Assembly (NCBI GenBank): GCA_002404755.1
Contig: DHKI01000007.1
Location: 79-64,078, forward strand
DNA: 64,000 nt
From: Clostridiales bacterium UBA4698
Lineage (GTDB): Bacteria > Bacillota > Clostridia > TANB77 > UBA1234
Direction: 5' to 3'
Below are positions 1 through 10,345 of the stretch, one piece after another (position 1 is the stretch's first letter; every line of letters begins with the position of its first letter). The translations under genes and the position numbers were made by a program. Under the pieces are notes generated by a model that was not told the DNA's origin, searched no databases, and worked only from the letters and a program-made list of their open reading frames with translations.

Positions 1-206
1 ATGACATAATTTGACACAGAAATAGTAGCTTTTTATAGATGTAATCAGAGATTTTGCGGTTGGTGAGAGCAAAACAATGATAGAAAGTGAATTACCAGTT
101 GAATCGGTTACGCGTTATAGTTTTTGAGAGCATAGTATAAGTATTATGAATTAAGGTGGTACCGCGAAGTTTATTCGTCCTTAAATCATAATACTTATTT
201 TGTTTT
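1..206 (+). promoter_or_regulatory. T-box riboswitch leader (tyrosine-type by context) with intrinsic terminator
   Basis: Canonical T-box sequence AATTAAGGTGGTACCGCG at 149-166. AGAGA (47-51) and GGTGAGAG (62-69) stem I-type boxes. A 13-bp terminator stem (137-149 pairing with 186-198) is followed by a T-run at 198-206 and overlaps the T-box, allowing an antiterminator alternative. It lies upstream of tyrS. The 5' end may lie outside the window. Confidence 0.8.
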
Positions 207-267
207 ATACGCAAGAGTTTAATATGGTAGTGTAAATTAACTTATGAAGAAAATAGAATATGCCACA

Positions 268-368
268 AAAATGTAGAGGAGCTTAGGTGTGCTTCATAAA
301 AACTAATTGTTAGCAGTACACAAAAATAGAATTAGAAAAAATATTACAATTGGTGAACACAACCAAAA
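268..368. repeat. Dispersed intergenic repeat, copy A (hairpin GGAGC-N8-GCTTC, then ...TAGCAGTACA..., then ATATTACAATTGGTGAACACAACCAA)
   Basis: AAAATGTAGAGGAGCTTAGGTGTGCTTCATAAAAACTAATTGTTAGCAGTACAC...AATATTACAATTGGTGAACACAACCAAAAAAAGGAGG. Near-identical to 12195-12290 and clearly related to 13046-13130, 4865-4900, 4931-4965 and 10178-10212. It sits between the T-box terminator and the tyrS RBS. Confidence 0.8.
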
Positions 369-381
369 AAAGGAGGAAAAA

Positions 382-1602
382 ATGAAATTATATGATGAGT
401 TAGTCTGGAGAGGACTTATTGAAAGCATTACAGATGAAGAGTTGATTGAAAAAATAAATAATGGAGGTCTTACATTTTATATTGGAACAGACCCAACAGG
501 AGATAGTTTGCACATAGGACATTATTCAACATTTTCAATGGCATTTAGATTAAAACAAGGTGGTCATAATCCAATACTTTTAGTAGGTGGTGGTACAGGT
601 GCAATTGGAGATCCAAAGCCATCAGCTGAAAGACCTATGATTACTATGGAGCAATTAGATTACAATTATAAAAAATTAAGAAAACAAGTTGAAGAGATTT
701 TTGGTTTTGAAGTTGTAAATAATTATGATTGGATAAAAGACATAAATGTATTAGATTACCTAAGAGACTTCGGAAAATTCTTCAATATAAATTATATGTT
801 AGACAAAGAAACTGTTAAACGTAGAATAGAATCTGGTATCACATATACTGAATTTTCATACATGATATTGCAAGCACTAGACTTCTTGCACTTATATGAA
901 ACAAAAGGATGTACATTACAAATTGGTGGTTCTGACCAATGGGGAAATATAACATCAGGTGTTGAACTTATTAGAAAGAAAGTAAATGGAACGGCATACG
1001 GATTAACAATGCCACTTATAACAAAAGCTGATGGTACTAAGTTTGGTAAATCTGAAGGAAATGCAATATGGCTAGATAAGAGCAAAACTTCTGCATACGA
1101 AATGTACCAATTCTTCTTAAATGCAGAAGATGAAAAAGTTATTGAATACTTAAAGAAATTAACATTCTTATCAAAGGAAGAAATCGAAGAGTTAGAGAAG
1201 AAACATGCTGAAAATCCACATCTAAGAGAAGCACACAAAGCTTTAGCAAAAGAGGTTATAACATTCTTACATGGAGAAGAAGAATATAACAAGGCAGTTA
1301 AAATTAGTGAATCACTATTTAGCGGAGATATTAAAGACTTAACACTTGAAGAAATAAACGATGCATTTAAAGATGTACCTAACTTTGAACTTAAAGAAGA
1401 ATCGTTAATAGACATGCTTGTAAATAACAAAATAACAAGTAGTAAACGTGAAGCAAGAGAGTTCTTAAATGCAGGTTCGATAACTTTAAATGGTGAAAAA
1501 GTAACAGATGAAAACATGATGATAAATAGACAAATAGCAATAGGTGGCGAAGCAGTTATTGTAAGAAAAGGTAAGAAAAAATATTACTTTGGTAAATTTT
1601 AA
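382..1602 (+). CDS. tyrS: Tyrosine--tRNA ligase
   Basis: Start taken at ATG 382, 6-7 nt after AGGAGG, not at the TTG 307 of the ORF track. HIGH motif (SLHIGHY), KMSKS-type motif (KFGKS) and a C-terminal S4-like domain (SSKREAREFLNAGSITLNGEKV). Preceded by the T-box leader. Confidence 0.95.
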   Translation: MKLYDELVWRGLIESITDEELIEKINNGGLTFYIGTDPTGDSLHIGHYSTFSMAFRLKQGGHNPILLVGGGTGAIGDPKPSAERPMITMEQLDYNYKKLRKQVEEIFGFEVVNNYDWIKDINVLDYLRDFGKFFNINYMLDKETVKRRIESGITYTEFSYMILQALDFLHLYETKGCTLQIGGSDQWGNITSGVELIRKKVNGTAYGLTMPLITKADGTKFGKSEGNAIWLDKSKTSAYEMYQFFLNAEDEKVIEYLKKLTFLSKEEIEELEKKHAENPHLREAHKALAKEVITFLHGEEEYNKAVKISESLFSGDIKDLTLEEINDAFKDVPNFELKEESLIDMLVNNKITSSKREAREFLNAGSITLNGEKVTDENMMINRQIAIGGEAVIVRKGKKKYYFGKF

Positions 1603-1655
1603 AGTATGCAAAAATATCTAATCAAATATTTTTAATTGTATAGTAATTAGTTGAA

Positions 1656-1707
1656 ATGAATCAAAAATTGTTAGATGAAAGTTTAACAATTTTGGTTCAT
1701 TTTTTTA
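1656..1707 (+). terminator. Intrinsic terminator after tyrS
   Basis: Long hairpin ATGAATCAAAAATTGTTA ... TAACAATTTTGGTTCAT followed by TTTTTTT. Confidence 0.65.
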
Positions 1708-1823
1708 TAAAAAGTATTCACCAATAAAAGTTTAAAAATTTTTTCTTGTACGTTATAATATGGACTTTTAATTATTGATATGGTACTATATTTTTGAAAG
1801 TTATTTTTTCGGGGAGTGAGAGT

Positions 1824-3032
1824 ATGGTTGTGGAATTTGGTGTTTTTACATCGTTAGTTACACTAGCAACGAGGCAGGAAGTTTTAAAGGCTATGCATGT
1901 GGATTTAGATGAAAAAACAAAAGAAAAAATATTGACCGAAGGAATATATCATTTTACTACAAAGGCTTGTGCTGAAAATATAGTAAAAACTGGTTTTTAT
2001 TTACCTAGCAAAGGGCTTATTAATAATCATTTTGCCAAAGGAAAGGATGAAAAATTTGCTAGTTTTGTGTATATGTTTGGAGGTAAACCAGATCCATACA
2101 TGTTTGGAAAAAATCTTAATGACTCTATGTCAGATAAGGATGGTACATTTTATGCGGTAAGGCATTATCCAGATAAATATGATTTAGATAATTACATGCA
2201 AAGAATAGAAGATGGTGCAATAATGTACGAAGGAAGGCTTGATGTAAAGCATAACAAACCGGAAATTGCACGTTTTAAAATGGAGAAAGGAAAAATGGTA
2301 GAGATACCACTTGATGAAAAAGTAGAGGTACCTAATGTAGCCGAAAAAACTAAAAAGGCTATAAAATCTTTTGTAAAAGTGTTTGAAATTGTTGGTTTGG
2401 AAATTAAAGATATAGTACTTTTTAAAGATAAAGAACACAAAGTTAAAAAGTGTAAAATTAGAAGAAAATTAGAAGAGAAAATATTGAAGCAGTATAATGA
2501 AGAAAAAAATGTTAAAATGTATGATGTAACAAAGGACGATAAAAATTACACCGTTTATCTTTGTGATGATGTAGTTATAGATGGAAAAAGATTAACAGAG
2601 GCATTTGTTTGTGGAGATAAGTTTGGTGAAGAGCCACTAAAGAAGGTGTATGTTGAAGCTGGAAAAGAAAAAATATTAAAAGAGAAAAGTATGGCTAAAT
2701 TTTTTGAAAAGGGAATTGACTTTTCTAGTAGTAAAGATGAATATATTGGCGAACCGCAAATATCAAGCGATGGTATTACTATAAAAAAAGACGAGGAATT
2801 CAGCAAGCATTTTATAGGAAAACAAATGGCGACGGAAATAGCAGACAAAAACCATATTGAATATATAACTTCGAAAAATAAGAGAAAAATAGGAATAGAT
2901 TTCTTTAAAAAGATATATGAAAAAGTTTCAGAAAGAAATAGAAATTATGCACGAAATATAATAAAGAAATTTAAAGAAAAAGATATATCTAATGAAAGAA
3001 GTACACAAACAAAAGAGATTGAAGATAGATAA
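1824..3032 (+). CDS. Hypothetical Lys/Glu-rich protein
   Basis: Long ORF. Likely start is ATG 1824 after GGGGAGTGAGAG. No motif recognised. Confidence 0.5.
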   Translation: MVVEFGVFTSLVTLATRQEVLKAMHVDLDEKTKEKILTEGIYHFTTKACAENIVKTGFYLPSKGLINNHFAKGKDEKFASFVYMFGGKPDPYMFGKNLNDSMSDKDGTFYAVRHYPDKYDLDNYMQRIEDGAIMYEGRLDVKHNKPEIARFKMEKGKMVEIPLDEKVEVPNVAEKTKKAIKSFVKVFEIVGLEIKDIVLFKDKEHKVKKCKIRRKLEEKILKQYNEEKNVKMYDVTKDDKNYTVYLCDDVVIDGKRLTEAFVCGDKFGEEPLKKVYVEAGKEKILKEKSMAKFFEKGIDFSSSKDEYIGEPQISSDGITIKKDEEFSKHFIGKQMATEIADKNHIEYITSKNKRKIGIDFFKKIYEKVSERNRNYARNIIKKFKEKDISNERSTQTKEIEDR

Positions 3033-3045
3033 AGGATGATGAATA

Positions 3046-3507
3046 ATGGAGAATTCGGAAGTTAAAGTATATTCAATGGCTTTCGCAGAGATAAGCAAAA
3101 TTATTAGTTTACTGGATAATGAAGTTTTACGCAAAATTCCTAGTGATTTTGTAGAATTTATAAATAGAAATATGGATAGAAATCATACAATATCAGAGCA
3201 AGATATATTGGAAGAAAAGATATTGCCAGAAACGGCTGATATAATAGCCTTGATATATCGTGATTTTCTTTGTGATGATGAGGAAAGAGAAAAGTTAAAA
3301 AAGCAGGATGAGATTGCTTCACAAAAGAGAAGAGTGCAATACACAAATTTATTGGTTCAAAAAATGTCCATTAGTGCAGAAGATGAAATTGCATATAATA
3401 CAAAAATTGTTGAAAAAATAAATCCTTCAAATCAATTGGAAAAAGTGCGAAAATTGAAGTGGTATAACAAGTTTTGGAACAAAATCAAAAGTATTTTTAA
3501 AAAATAG
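3046..3507 (+). CDS. Hypothetical protein
   Basis: 153-aa ORF tightly following the previous gene. No motif recognised. Confidence 0.45.
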   Translation: MENSEVKVYSMAFAEISKIISLLDNEVLRKIPSDFVEFINRNMDRNHTISEQDILEEKILPETADIIALIYRDFLCDDEEREKLKKQDEIASQKRRVQYTNLLVQKMSISAEDEIAYNTKIVEKINPSNQLEKVRKLKWYNKFWNKIKSIFKK

Positions 3508-3529
3508 GAGGCTTTAAAAATAATAATCT

Positions 3530-4838
3530 ATGAAAAAAGTATATATTAAAGTCCTGGGTATGATGTGTAATCATTGCTATCAAACGGTTACAAAAGCAGT
3601 TGAAAGTGAGCCTAATGTTAAAAAAGTTAGAATTCACAGGGATATTGTTACAGTTTGGTATGAAGATGAAATAGATATAGACAAGATAATAGCAAATATC
3701 ATTGAGAGAGGATATGTAACAAAAAAAGAATATGTTTCTGAAAATAAGAAAAAAATAGATAATAGCATTACTTTATTAGAATTTATAATTATTTTTGCGA
3801 GCATAATAATTATTGTTAGTATACTAAATAAAATATTTGGTTTTAATATTTTCAATATGATACCAACGATAGATAATAATATTCAACTTGGAATGTTATT
3901 TATAACAGGTTTGTTTACAAGTATTCATTGCATTTCAATGTGTGGTGCTATAAATTTATACACTTCTGCAAGCTCAGAAGAGGGCATAAAGAGATTTAAA
4001 AATCCTATTTTATATAATGTGGGAAGACTTATCTCGTACACTGTACTTGGGCGGCATTATTGGTGCGATAGGAAATATTTTTAGTATAAATTATGTGGTA
4101 CAAAATTTAATTATTTTAATAGCGGCGATACTAATGCTACTAATGAGTTTATCGATGCTTGGAGTTATAACTATAAGTGGAAAGATAAAAGAGTGTAGAT
4201 GTTTTAAGACCAAGAATCCTTTCTTGATAGGAATATTAAATGGATTTATGCCATGTGGTCCACTTCAAGCTATGCAAGTATATGCTCTTAGCACAGCATC
4301 AATTTTTTATGGTGCGTTATCAATGTTTTTGTTCTGCTTAGGTACAATACCACTAATGCTATTGTTTGGTGGATTTGTGAACTTATGCAAAGGAAAAACA
4401 AAGGTTGTAATAAATAAGATTGCTTCGGTTTTAATATTTATTCTTTCTCTTTTGATGATTGAAAGAGCATTAGTTGGTTTTGGTATAGATATAAAGATAG
4501 AAAGCAATGAGTATAGCGAGTATCAAAAAGCTATTATAAAAGATGATTATCAATATGTGGAATTTGATTTAGACTATGGTAATTTTAAAGATATAATAGT
4601 GCAAAAAGATATACCAGTTAAGATGATTATAAATGCTGATAAAAAGCATTTGAATGGTTGCAATAACGAGCTAATTATAAATGAATATGGTGTTACTAAA
4701 AAAATAGAAATTGGCAAAAATGAAATAGAGTTTATTCCAACAAACGAGGGAGATTACCTGTATTGTTGCTGGATGAATATGATAAAAAATAAAATAAAAG
4801 TCATAGATGACAAGGAGTTTTTTAGTAGCCCAAACTAA
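3530..4838 (+). pseudogene. Frameshifted gene for an HMA-domain / DsbD_2 (TauE-SafE-like) multi-pass membrane protein with a C-terminal cupredoxin-like domain
   Basis: ORF 3530-4084 has an N-terminal heavy-metal-associated fold with a CxxC (GMMCNHC), then TM helices. ORF 4017-4838 continues the TM region (FMPCGPLQ motif) and a soluble C-terminal domain. The frames join if one G is removed from the GGG run at 4049-4051 (...SYTVL|GGIIGAIG...). Confidence 0.7.
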
Positions 4839-4864
4839 TCCGGAAAAAATATAAAACAAATTGC

Positions 4865-4900
4865 AAAATGTAGCGGAGCTTAAGCGAGCTTCGTAAATAA
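4865..4900. repeat. Dispersed intergenic repeat, partial copy B1 (hairpin module)
   Basis: AAAATGTAGCGGAGCTTAAGCGAGCTTCGTAAATAA matches the 5' hairpin module of copies A, C and D. Confidence 0.65.
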
Positions 4901-4930
4901 AAATTATAGTAAGAAATAATTATTAGCACA

Positions 4931-4965
4931 AAAAAGTGACGGAGCTTGAGTGTGCTCCATAAAAA
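4931..4965. repeat. Dispersed intergenic repeat, partial copy B2 (hairpin module)
   Basis: AAAAGTGACGGAGCTTGAGTGTGCTCCATAAAAATG. This is a second hairpin module directly upstream of the copZ RBS. Confidence 0.65.
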
Positions 4966-4989
4966 TGAAAATTTAAGGAGGAAAATAAT

Positions 4990-5196
4990 ATGAAAGAAAT
5001 TAGTTTAAAGATAGAAGGAATGCATTGCACAGGATGTTCAAATAGATTAGAAAAGGTATTAAATAATACAGATGGCGTAGAAAAAGCAACAGTTAGCTTT
5101 GAAGGTAAAAAAGCAACAATAACATTTGATGAAAGCAAAACAAATATCGAAAAAATAAAAGAAGCAATAGAGGATAGTGGATTTAAAGGAGAGTAA
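4990..5196 (+). CDS. copZ: Copper chaperone, HMA domain
   Basis: 68 aa with a GMHCTGC metal-binding motif. Lies immediately upstream of the P-type ATPase gene. Confidence 0.85.
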   Translation: MKEISLKIEGMHCTGCSNRLEKVLNNTDGVEKATVSFEGKKATITFDESKTNIEKIKEAIEDSGFKGE

Positions 5197-5198
5197 AT

Positions 5199-7400
5199 AT
5201 GAAAAAGGTATTACTTAAGATTGATGGTATGACTTGTAGTGCATGCTCTTCAGGACTAGAAAAGTACCTAAACAAACAAGATGGAATAAAAGAGGCAGTA
5301 GTAAATCTAGTAATGAACAATGCAAGCGTAGAATATGATGATACAAAATTAACACTAGAGCAAGTTGAAAAATTTGTTGAAAAAGCAGGCTTTACAAGTC
5401 TAGGAATAGATAATTTTGAAAAAGATGAAAAGAAAAAATCAAATGAAAAGTACAAGCTAATTGGTATAACAATCATTTCACTATTAGTTTTGTATATATC
5501 AATGTCGCATATGGTTGGTTTGCCAGTCATTCCATTTTTACACATGGTAAATCATCCTGTAAATTTTGCGGTGGCGTTATTTATACTTACAACAATAGTA
5601 CTAGTTATGGGAAGAGATATTTTAAAAAATGGATATAAAAATTTGATTCATAAAACACCAAATATGGATACTTTAGTTACTATAGGTGTTTTAGCAAGCT
5701 ATATATATAGTATTTATGGAACGATACAAATATTAAATGGTCAAAAAGAGTATGTAGAAAACTTGTATTATGAATCAGCTGCAATAGTAATTTTCTTTAT
5801 CAAAATAGGTAAGTTTGTAGAAAATAAAAATAAAGACAAAACAAAAGAAGCATTAAAAAGTCTGATGAGTATAACACCAAACAATGCAACAATAATAAGA
5901 GACGAAAAAGAAGTTAAAGTTACAATAGATGAAATTCAAAAGGGTGATATAGTAATTTGCAAACCTGGTGAAAAGATTGCGGTAGATGGTGAAATAGTAG
6001 ATGGAGAGACTCATATAAACGAATCATTTATAACAGGTGAAAGTGTTCCAGTAAAAAGAGTGATAGGCTCAAAAGTAATTGCAGGAAGCATAAATTATGA
6101 GGGGACGATAAAGTATAAAGCTGAGAAAATAGGTAGAGAATCAACTGTATCAGAAATAGTAAGATTAGTTGCTGGAGCTACGGCAACAAAGGCACCAATA
6201 GCTAAAATCGCAGATAAAATAAGCGGATATTTTGTGCCAGTAGTTTTAGTAATAGCAGTAATATCATTTGTTTTGTGGCTTGCCATTTCAAAAGATTTAG
6301 CACATGCAATCAATATATTTGTTAGTATATTAGTAGTTGCGTGTCCATGTAGCTTAGGTCTTGCAACACCACTTGCAGTAGTTATTGCATCTGGTAATGC
6401 GAGCAAAAAAGGAATACTAGTAAAAACAAGTGAAGCACTAGAAAATACTCATAAAGTTAAGACAATATGTTTTGACAAAACAGGAACATTAACAAAGGGA
6501 ACATTAAGCGTATCAAAAATATATAACTATGGCGGAATAGAAGAAAACGAGCTTATTAAAAAAGTGGCAAGCATAGAAAATAAATCAGAACATCCAATAG
6601 CAAGGGCAATAGTAAATTATGCAAAAGAAAAGAACATAGAGCTAGAAGAAGTAAAGGAATTCAAAGCGATTGCAGGTTTTGGAGTTAGTGCAGAAACAAA
6701 CGAAGGAGATAAATATTTAATAGGAAATAGCAAGCTAATGAACAACGAAAATATAGAAATATTAAATGATGAAGATGAGAAAACATTAGTAAATGAAGGC
6801 AACAGTATTTTGTTTGTCAGTAAGAATGGTAAGCTAGTAGCACTAATTGGAGTAAAAGATGTTTTAAAAGAAAATGTGGCAGAAGTAATAAAAGAATTAA
6901 AAGCAAAACATATAGAAATAGTAATGCTAACAGGAGATAATGAAAAGACAGCAGAAATAATAGCAAAGCAAATAGGAATAGATAAAGTAATATCAAATGT
7001 TACACCAAAAGAAAAAGCAGAAAAAATAAAAGAACTAAAAAAAGATGGCTTAGTAATGATGTGCGGAGACGGAATAAATGATAGTGTAAGTTTGGTTACA
7101 TCAGATATAGGAGTTTCAATATCTTCAGGAACAGATATAGCAATGGATTCAGCACAAGTAGTTATAATGAACGATGACCTAGAAAAAATAAATGAACTAA
7201 GAGAAATAAGTGAAAAAACAATAAGAAATATAAAACAAAACTTGTTTTGGGCATTCTTTTATAATGTATGTATGATACCAATAGCATGCGGAATATTAGA
7301 GCCATTTGGAGTAGAAATGAATCCAATGATAGCAGCTTTTGCGATGACAATAAGCAGTTTAACAGTAGTATTAAACGCATTAAGACTTAGAACTAAATAA
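5199..7400 (+). CDS. copA: Copper-translocating P1B-type ATPase
   Basis: N-terminal HMA (GMTCSACS), CPC transmembrane motif (ACPCSLGLATP), the DKTGTLT phosphorylation site and the GDGINDS hinge. Confidence 0.95.
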   Translation: MKKVLLKIDGMTCSACSSGLEKYLNKQDGIKEAVVNLVMNNASVEYDDTKLTLEQVEKFVEKAGFTSLGIDNFEKDEKKKSNEKYKLIGITIISLLVLYISMSHMVGLPVIPFLHMVNHPVNFAVALFILTTIVLVMGRDILKNGYKNLIHKTPNMDTLVTIGVLASYIYSIYGTIQILNGQKEYVENLYYESAAIVIFFIKIGKFVENKNKDKTKEALKSLMSITPNNATIIRDEKEVKVTIDEIQKGDIVICKPGEKIAVDGEIVDGETHINESFITGESVPVKRVIGSKVIAGSINYEGTIKYKAEKIGRESTVSEIVRLVAGATATKAPIAKIADKISGYFVPVVLVIAVISFVLWLAISKDLAHAINIFVSILVVACPCSLGLATPLAVVIASGNASKKGILVKTSEALENTHKVKTICFDKTGTLTKGTLSVSKIYNYGGIEENELIKKVASIENKSEHPIARAIVNYAKEKNIELEEVKEFKAIAGFGVSAETNEGDKYLIGNSKLMNNENIEILNDEDEKTLVNEGNSILFVSKNGKLVALIGVKDVLKENVAEVIKELKAKHIEIVMLTGDNEKTAEIIAKQIGIDKVISNVTPKEKAEKIKELKKDGLVMMCGDGINDSVSLVTSDIGVSISSGTDIAMDSAQVVIMNDDLEKINELREISEKTIRNIKQNLFWAFFYNVCMIPIACGILEPFGVEMNPMIAAFAMTISSLTVVLNALRLRTK

Positions 7401-7415
7401 GAAAGAAGGATAAAA

Positions 7416-7952
7416 ATGAGTAAAAAAACTAAAGAAAATAAAACGAAAAATAATAAGAATAAAAAGCTTATTATAGGAGCAATTATTGCAGTAATCATCG
7501 TGGCGGTTATCGGGATTGTAGTAGCACAACCAAATAATAAAGAAAATTCAGAAAAACAAAATTCAAAAGGAATGGTAATATTACAAGCAAATGAAGATAA
7601 TAACATCATAATGGATGTTTCAGATGTTACAGAAAAAGCAAAATTTTATGCATATAATGTAGATGGAATCGATATAGAAATATTTGCAGTAAAAGCATCA
7701 GATGGAACAATAAGAACTGCATTTAACACATGCCAAGTATGCAGTCCATCACCAAAAGCATATTTCGTACAAGAGGGAAAAGATTTTATTTGTCAAAATT
7801 GCATGAATGCCTTTCCTACAGATAGAATAGGACTAGAAAGAGGTGGCTGTAACCCAATTCCAATATCGTTTGAAGAAAGAAAAGATGAAGATGGCAAGAT
7901 AATATTAGCTAAAGAATTTGTAGAAAGTTATAAAGATAATTTTGATAAATAA
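7416..7952 (+). CDS. Membrane-anchored Cys-rich protein, DUF2318-like
   Basis: N-terminal TM helix and a CQVCS...ICQNCMNAF...GGCNP cysteine pattern, resembling DUF2318/FtrD-like metal-binding proteins. Directly follows copA. Confidence 0.5.
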   Translation: MSKKTKENKTKNNKNKKLIIGAIIAVIIVAVIGIVVAQPNNKENSEKQNSKGMVILQANEDNNIIMDVSDVTEKAKFYAYNVDGIDIEIFAVKASDGTIRTAFNTCQVCSPSPKAYFVQEGKDFICQNCMNAFPTDRIGLERGGCNPIPISFEERKDEDGKIILAKEFVESYKDNFDK

Positions 7953-8271
7953 AGGCAAGGACAAGGTTTTTATAAGAAAAAATAAATGAAGTAGATGTAG
8001 AGTTTTATTCATATGAAAACATGAGATTTGCAAGTTGGAAAACAAAAGAATTTGAATACAGCTATACAACAAATGTAGATGATGCAAACATAACGGAATT
8101 CGTTACAAAGTTAGTAAGCATAGTAAAATAAATTTTAAAAAGGACATTTTAAGTGGAAACTTAGGATGTTCTTTTTTATGTGTATTTTTCTTGAACAAAT
8201 GTGAAATTTTTAAAAAAACTATATAAATTTCAAAAAGTTGAGATATAATATTTGTGGAAGGAGAGGATATT

Positions 8272-9327
8272 ATGAATAAAACAAAAGTATTTCAAGTAGG
8301 AACAGGAAAAATGGCAAGATATACAATGAGGTATGTATTTGAAAAAGGTGGCGAAGTTGTTGGTGCTGCTGATATAAATCCAAATGTTATAGGAAAAGAT
8401 GTTGGCGAAATAATTGGAGCAGAAAACAAAGGTGTTAAAGTTACAGACGCTAAGGAATTAGAAAAAAATTTATTAGAGTTAAAACCTGATGTTTGTATAG
8501 TAGAGACAATGAGCTTATTAAATGATGTTGGCGATGTTTTATTAACATGTGCTAAATGTGGAGTAAATGCAATTACAACATGTGAAGAAGCTTTTTATTC
8601 TTGGAACTCAAATCCAACTCTAACAGCCGAAATAGATAAATTAGCAAAAGAGCATAATTGCACAATTACAGGAACAGGATATCAAGATATATTCTGGGGA
8701 CAACTAATTACTTCACTTGCAGGAGCAACTCAAAAGATAACAAAAATAAAAGGAAGCTCAAGCTACAATGTAGAAGAATATGGTATAGCATTAGCAAGAG
8801 CTCATGGTGCAGGATTAACAAGCGAAGAATTCGAGAGAGATGTTGCATCAGCAGATGAAATAAGCGAAGAAGCAAGAAAAGAACTAATAGAAAGCAGAAA
8901 ATTTGCACCATCATACATGTGGAATACAAATGGCTGGTTATGTTCAAAACTTGGACTAACAGTTAAATCACAAACACAAAAATGCGTACCACAATTTAAT
9001 GATGAAGATATCGAATCAAGCACATTAAACATGACAGTAAAGAAAGGCATGGCAACAGGAATGAGTGCTGTTGTTACAACTGAAACAGAAGAGGGAATAA
9101 CAATAGAGTCAGAGTGCATAGGAAAAGTATATTCTAAGAATGATGTAGATACTAACCAATGGACAATATATGGAGAACCAGATACAACATTAAAGATTAC
9201 AATGCCAGCAACTGTTGAACTTACATGTGCCACAGTAGTAAACAGAATACCAGATGTAATAAAAGCAGAATCAGGCTTTCTTCCAACACACAAATTTGGT
9301 GAATTAACATACAAATTTAAAATTTAA
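8272..9327 (+). CDS. NAD(P)-binding oxidoreductase, DapB-like / amine dehydrogenase-like family
   Basis: Start at ATG 8272 after GGAAGGAGAGG. N-terminal Rossmann GTGKMA. Overall resemblance to the 2,4-diaminopentanoate dehydrogenase/DapB-like family (IGKDVGEIIG, TGTGYQD). The family call is tentative. Confidence 0.5.
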   Translation: MNKTKVFQVGTGKMARYTMRYVFEKGGEVVGAADINPNVIGKDVGEIIGAENKGVKVTDAKELEKNLLELKPDVCIVETMSLLNDVGDVLLTCAKCGVNAITTCEEAFYSWNSNPTLTAEIDKLAKEHNCTITGTGYQDIFWGQLITSLAGATQKITKIKGSSSYNVEEYGIALARAHGAGLTSEEFERDVASADEISEEARKELIESRKFAPSYMWNTNGWLCSKLGLTVKSQTQKCVPQFNDEDIESSTLNMTVKKGMATGMSAVVTTETEEGITIESECIGKVYSKNDVDTNQWTIYGEPDTTLKITMPATVELTCATVVNRIPDVIKAESGFLPTHKFGELTYKFKI

Positions 9328-9338
9328 TTAAAATTTCA

Positions 9339-9384
9339 AAGTCCCTTTTAGAAAGAAGAGTTTCCAAAAGGGACTTTTTGTTGT
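9339..9384 (+). terminator. Intrinsic terminator
   Basis: AGTCCCTTTT ... AAAAGGGACT hairpin followed by TTTTGTT. Confidence 0.7.
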
Positions 9385-9492
9385 ATAATAGTAGAAATGT
9401 GAGTGTTTTATTGTGATATTGCATATATGTTAAAATACGACTATTACAATAAAATATTGTATATTTATATAAGGATGAAAGGAAATGATTAA

Positions 9493-10191
9493 ATGGATTA
9501 TCATTATGCACATGAATACCTTGTCGGTTATAGTGATGTAGACAAAAATAACAAAATGAAATTGTCAAGAATAGTGGATTTACTTCAAGATGTTGCAACT
9601 TGGCATTCAAAAACAGTCGGATATGGAACAGCTGAAATGAAAGAACTAAAACTTGGTTGGCTGGCATTAGCGTGGAGAATAAAAATCTTAAGATATCCAG
9701 AAGCAGATGAATACATAGAAATAAGAACATGGAGCAAAAAGCCAAAAGGACTTCATGCATATAGAGGCTTTGAGATAATAAACAAAAATGGAGAGAAACT
9801 TGTTTTAGTAGAATCTAGTTGGGTTTTGTATGATTTAGTAAATAGAAAACCAATAAAGATGACACCGGAAATGTCGGATGGTTACGGTGTAATTGAAAGA
9901 GATGCAATAGAAGAGGGAATATCTAAAATAAGACCAGAAAAAATAGATGGCGAAACACTAGAAATATTAGTTTCAAAAAGAGATATAGATACAAACAATC
10001 ATGTGAATAATGCAAGATATCTCGATTTCTTCGAGGAAATATTGCCGGAAAATAAAGAAGTGAAAGAAATAGAAGTACAATATAGAAATCAAACTATGCT
10101 TGGAGAAAAACTGCTTTTAACATTCGATGGCACAACATGTACAATGCAAAATGAAAACGGCGAAATAAATGTTATTGTGAAAATATTATAA
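9493..10191 (+). CDS. Acyl-ACP thioesterase
   Basis: N-terminus YSDVDKNNKMKLSRIVDLLQDVATWHS and the second hot-dog half (DIDTNNHVNNARYLDF) are typical of the FatA/FatB-type acyl-ACP thioesterase family. Confidence 0.8.
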   Translation: MDYHYAHEYLVGYSDVDKNNKMKLSRIVDLLQDVATWHSKTVGYGTAEMKELKLGWLALAWRIKILRYPEADEYIEIRTWSKKPKGLHAYRGFEIINKNGEKLVLVESSWVLYDLVNRKPIKMTPEMSDGYGVIERDAIEEGISKIRPEKIDGETLEILVSKRDIDTNNHVNNARYLDFFEEILPENKEVKEIEVQYRNQTMLGEKLLLTFDGTTCTMQNENGEINVIVKIL

Positions 10192-10212
10192 TTGGTGCAC
10201 ACAACCAAAGCA
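10178..10212. repeat. Dispersed intergenic repeat, partial copy E (3' module only)
   Basis: ATATTATAATTGGTGCACACAACCAAAGCAAAAAGG matches the 3' module of copy A (ATATTACAATTGGTGAACACAACCAAAAAAAGG). It overlaps the last codons of the thioesterase gene. Confidence 0.55.
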
Positions 10213-10250
10213 AAAAGGACATGCTCAAACGAAAGCATGTCCTTTTTTAA
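10213..10250 (+). terminator. Intrinsic terminator
   Basis: AAAAGGACATGCT-CAAACGAA-AGCATGTCCTTTTTT. Confidence 0.8.
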
Positions 10251-10345
10251 CGAAAAACCTGAAATAAAAATATTGAAAAAATAGTATATTTTCTGTAATA
10301 TTTTAAATGGTGTAAGCTCTTATATATAAGAAAGGGGGAGAGTTT

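Noticed and set aside
792-1517. Long antisense ORF inside tyrS. The same applies to many other minus-strand track ORFs inside plus-strand genes, e.g. 2184-2438, 6095-6406, 8802-9314, 25868-26257, 26809-27147, 27952-28272, 62141-62455.
   Set aside because: They lie fully within well-supported genes on the opposite strand. They have low-complexity Ser/Phe/Leu/Ile-rich translations typical of AT-rich antisense frames. They lack RBS and motif support.
4017-4084. Programmed ribosomal frameshift joining ORFs 3530-4084 and 4017-4838.
   Set aside because: There is no slippery heptamer or downstream structure. The shift site is a plain GGG run, so a mutation or sequencing error is the simpler explanation.
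7960-8130. Possible 36-aa ORF or gene remnant downstream of the DUF2318-like gene.
   Set aside because: Too short, with no RBS and no recognisable similarity.
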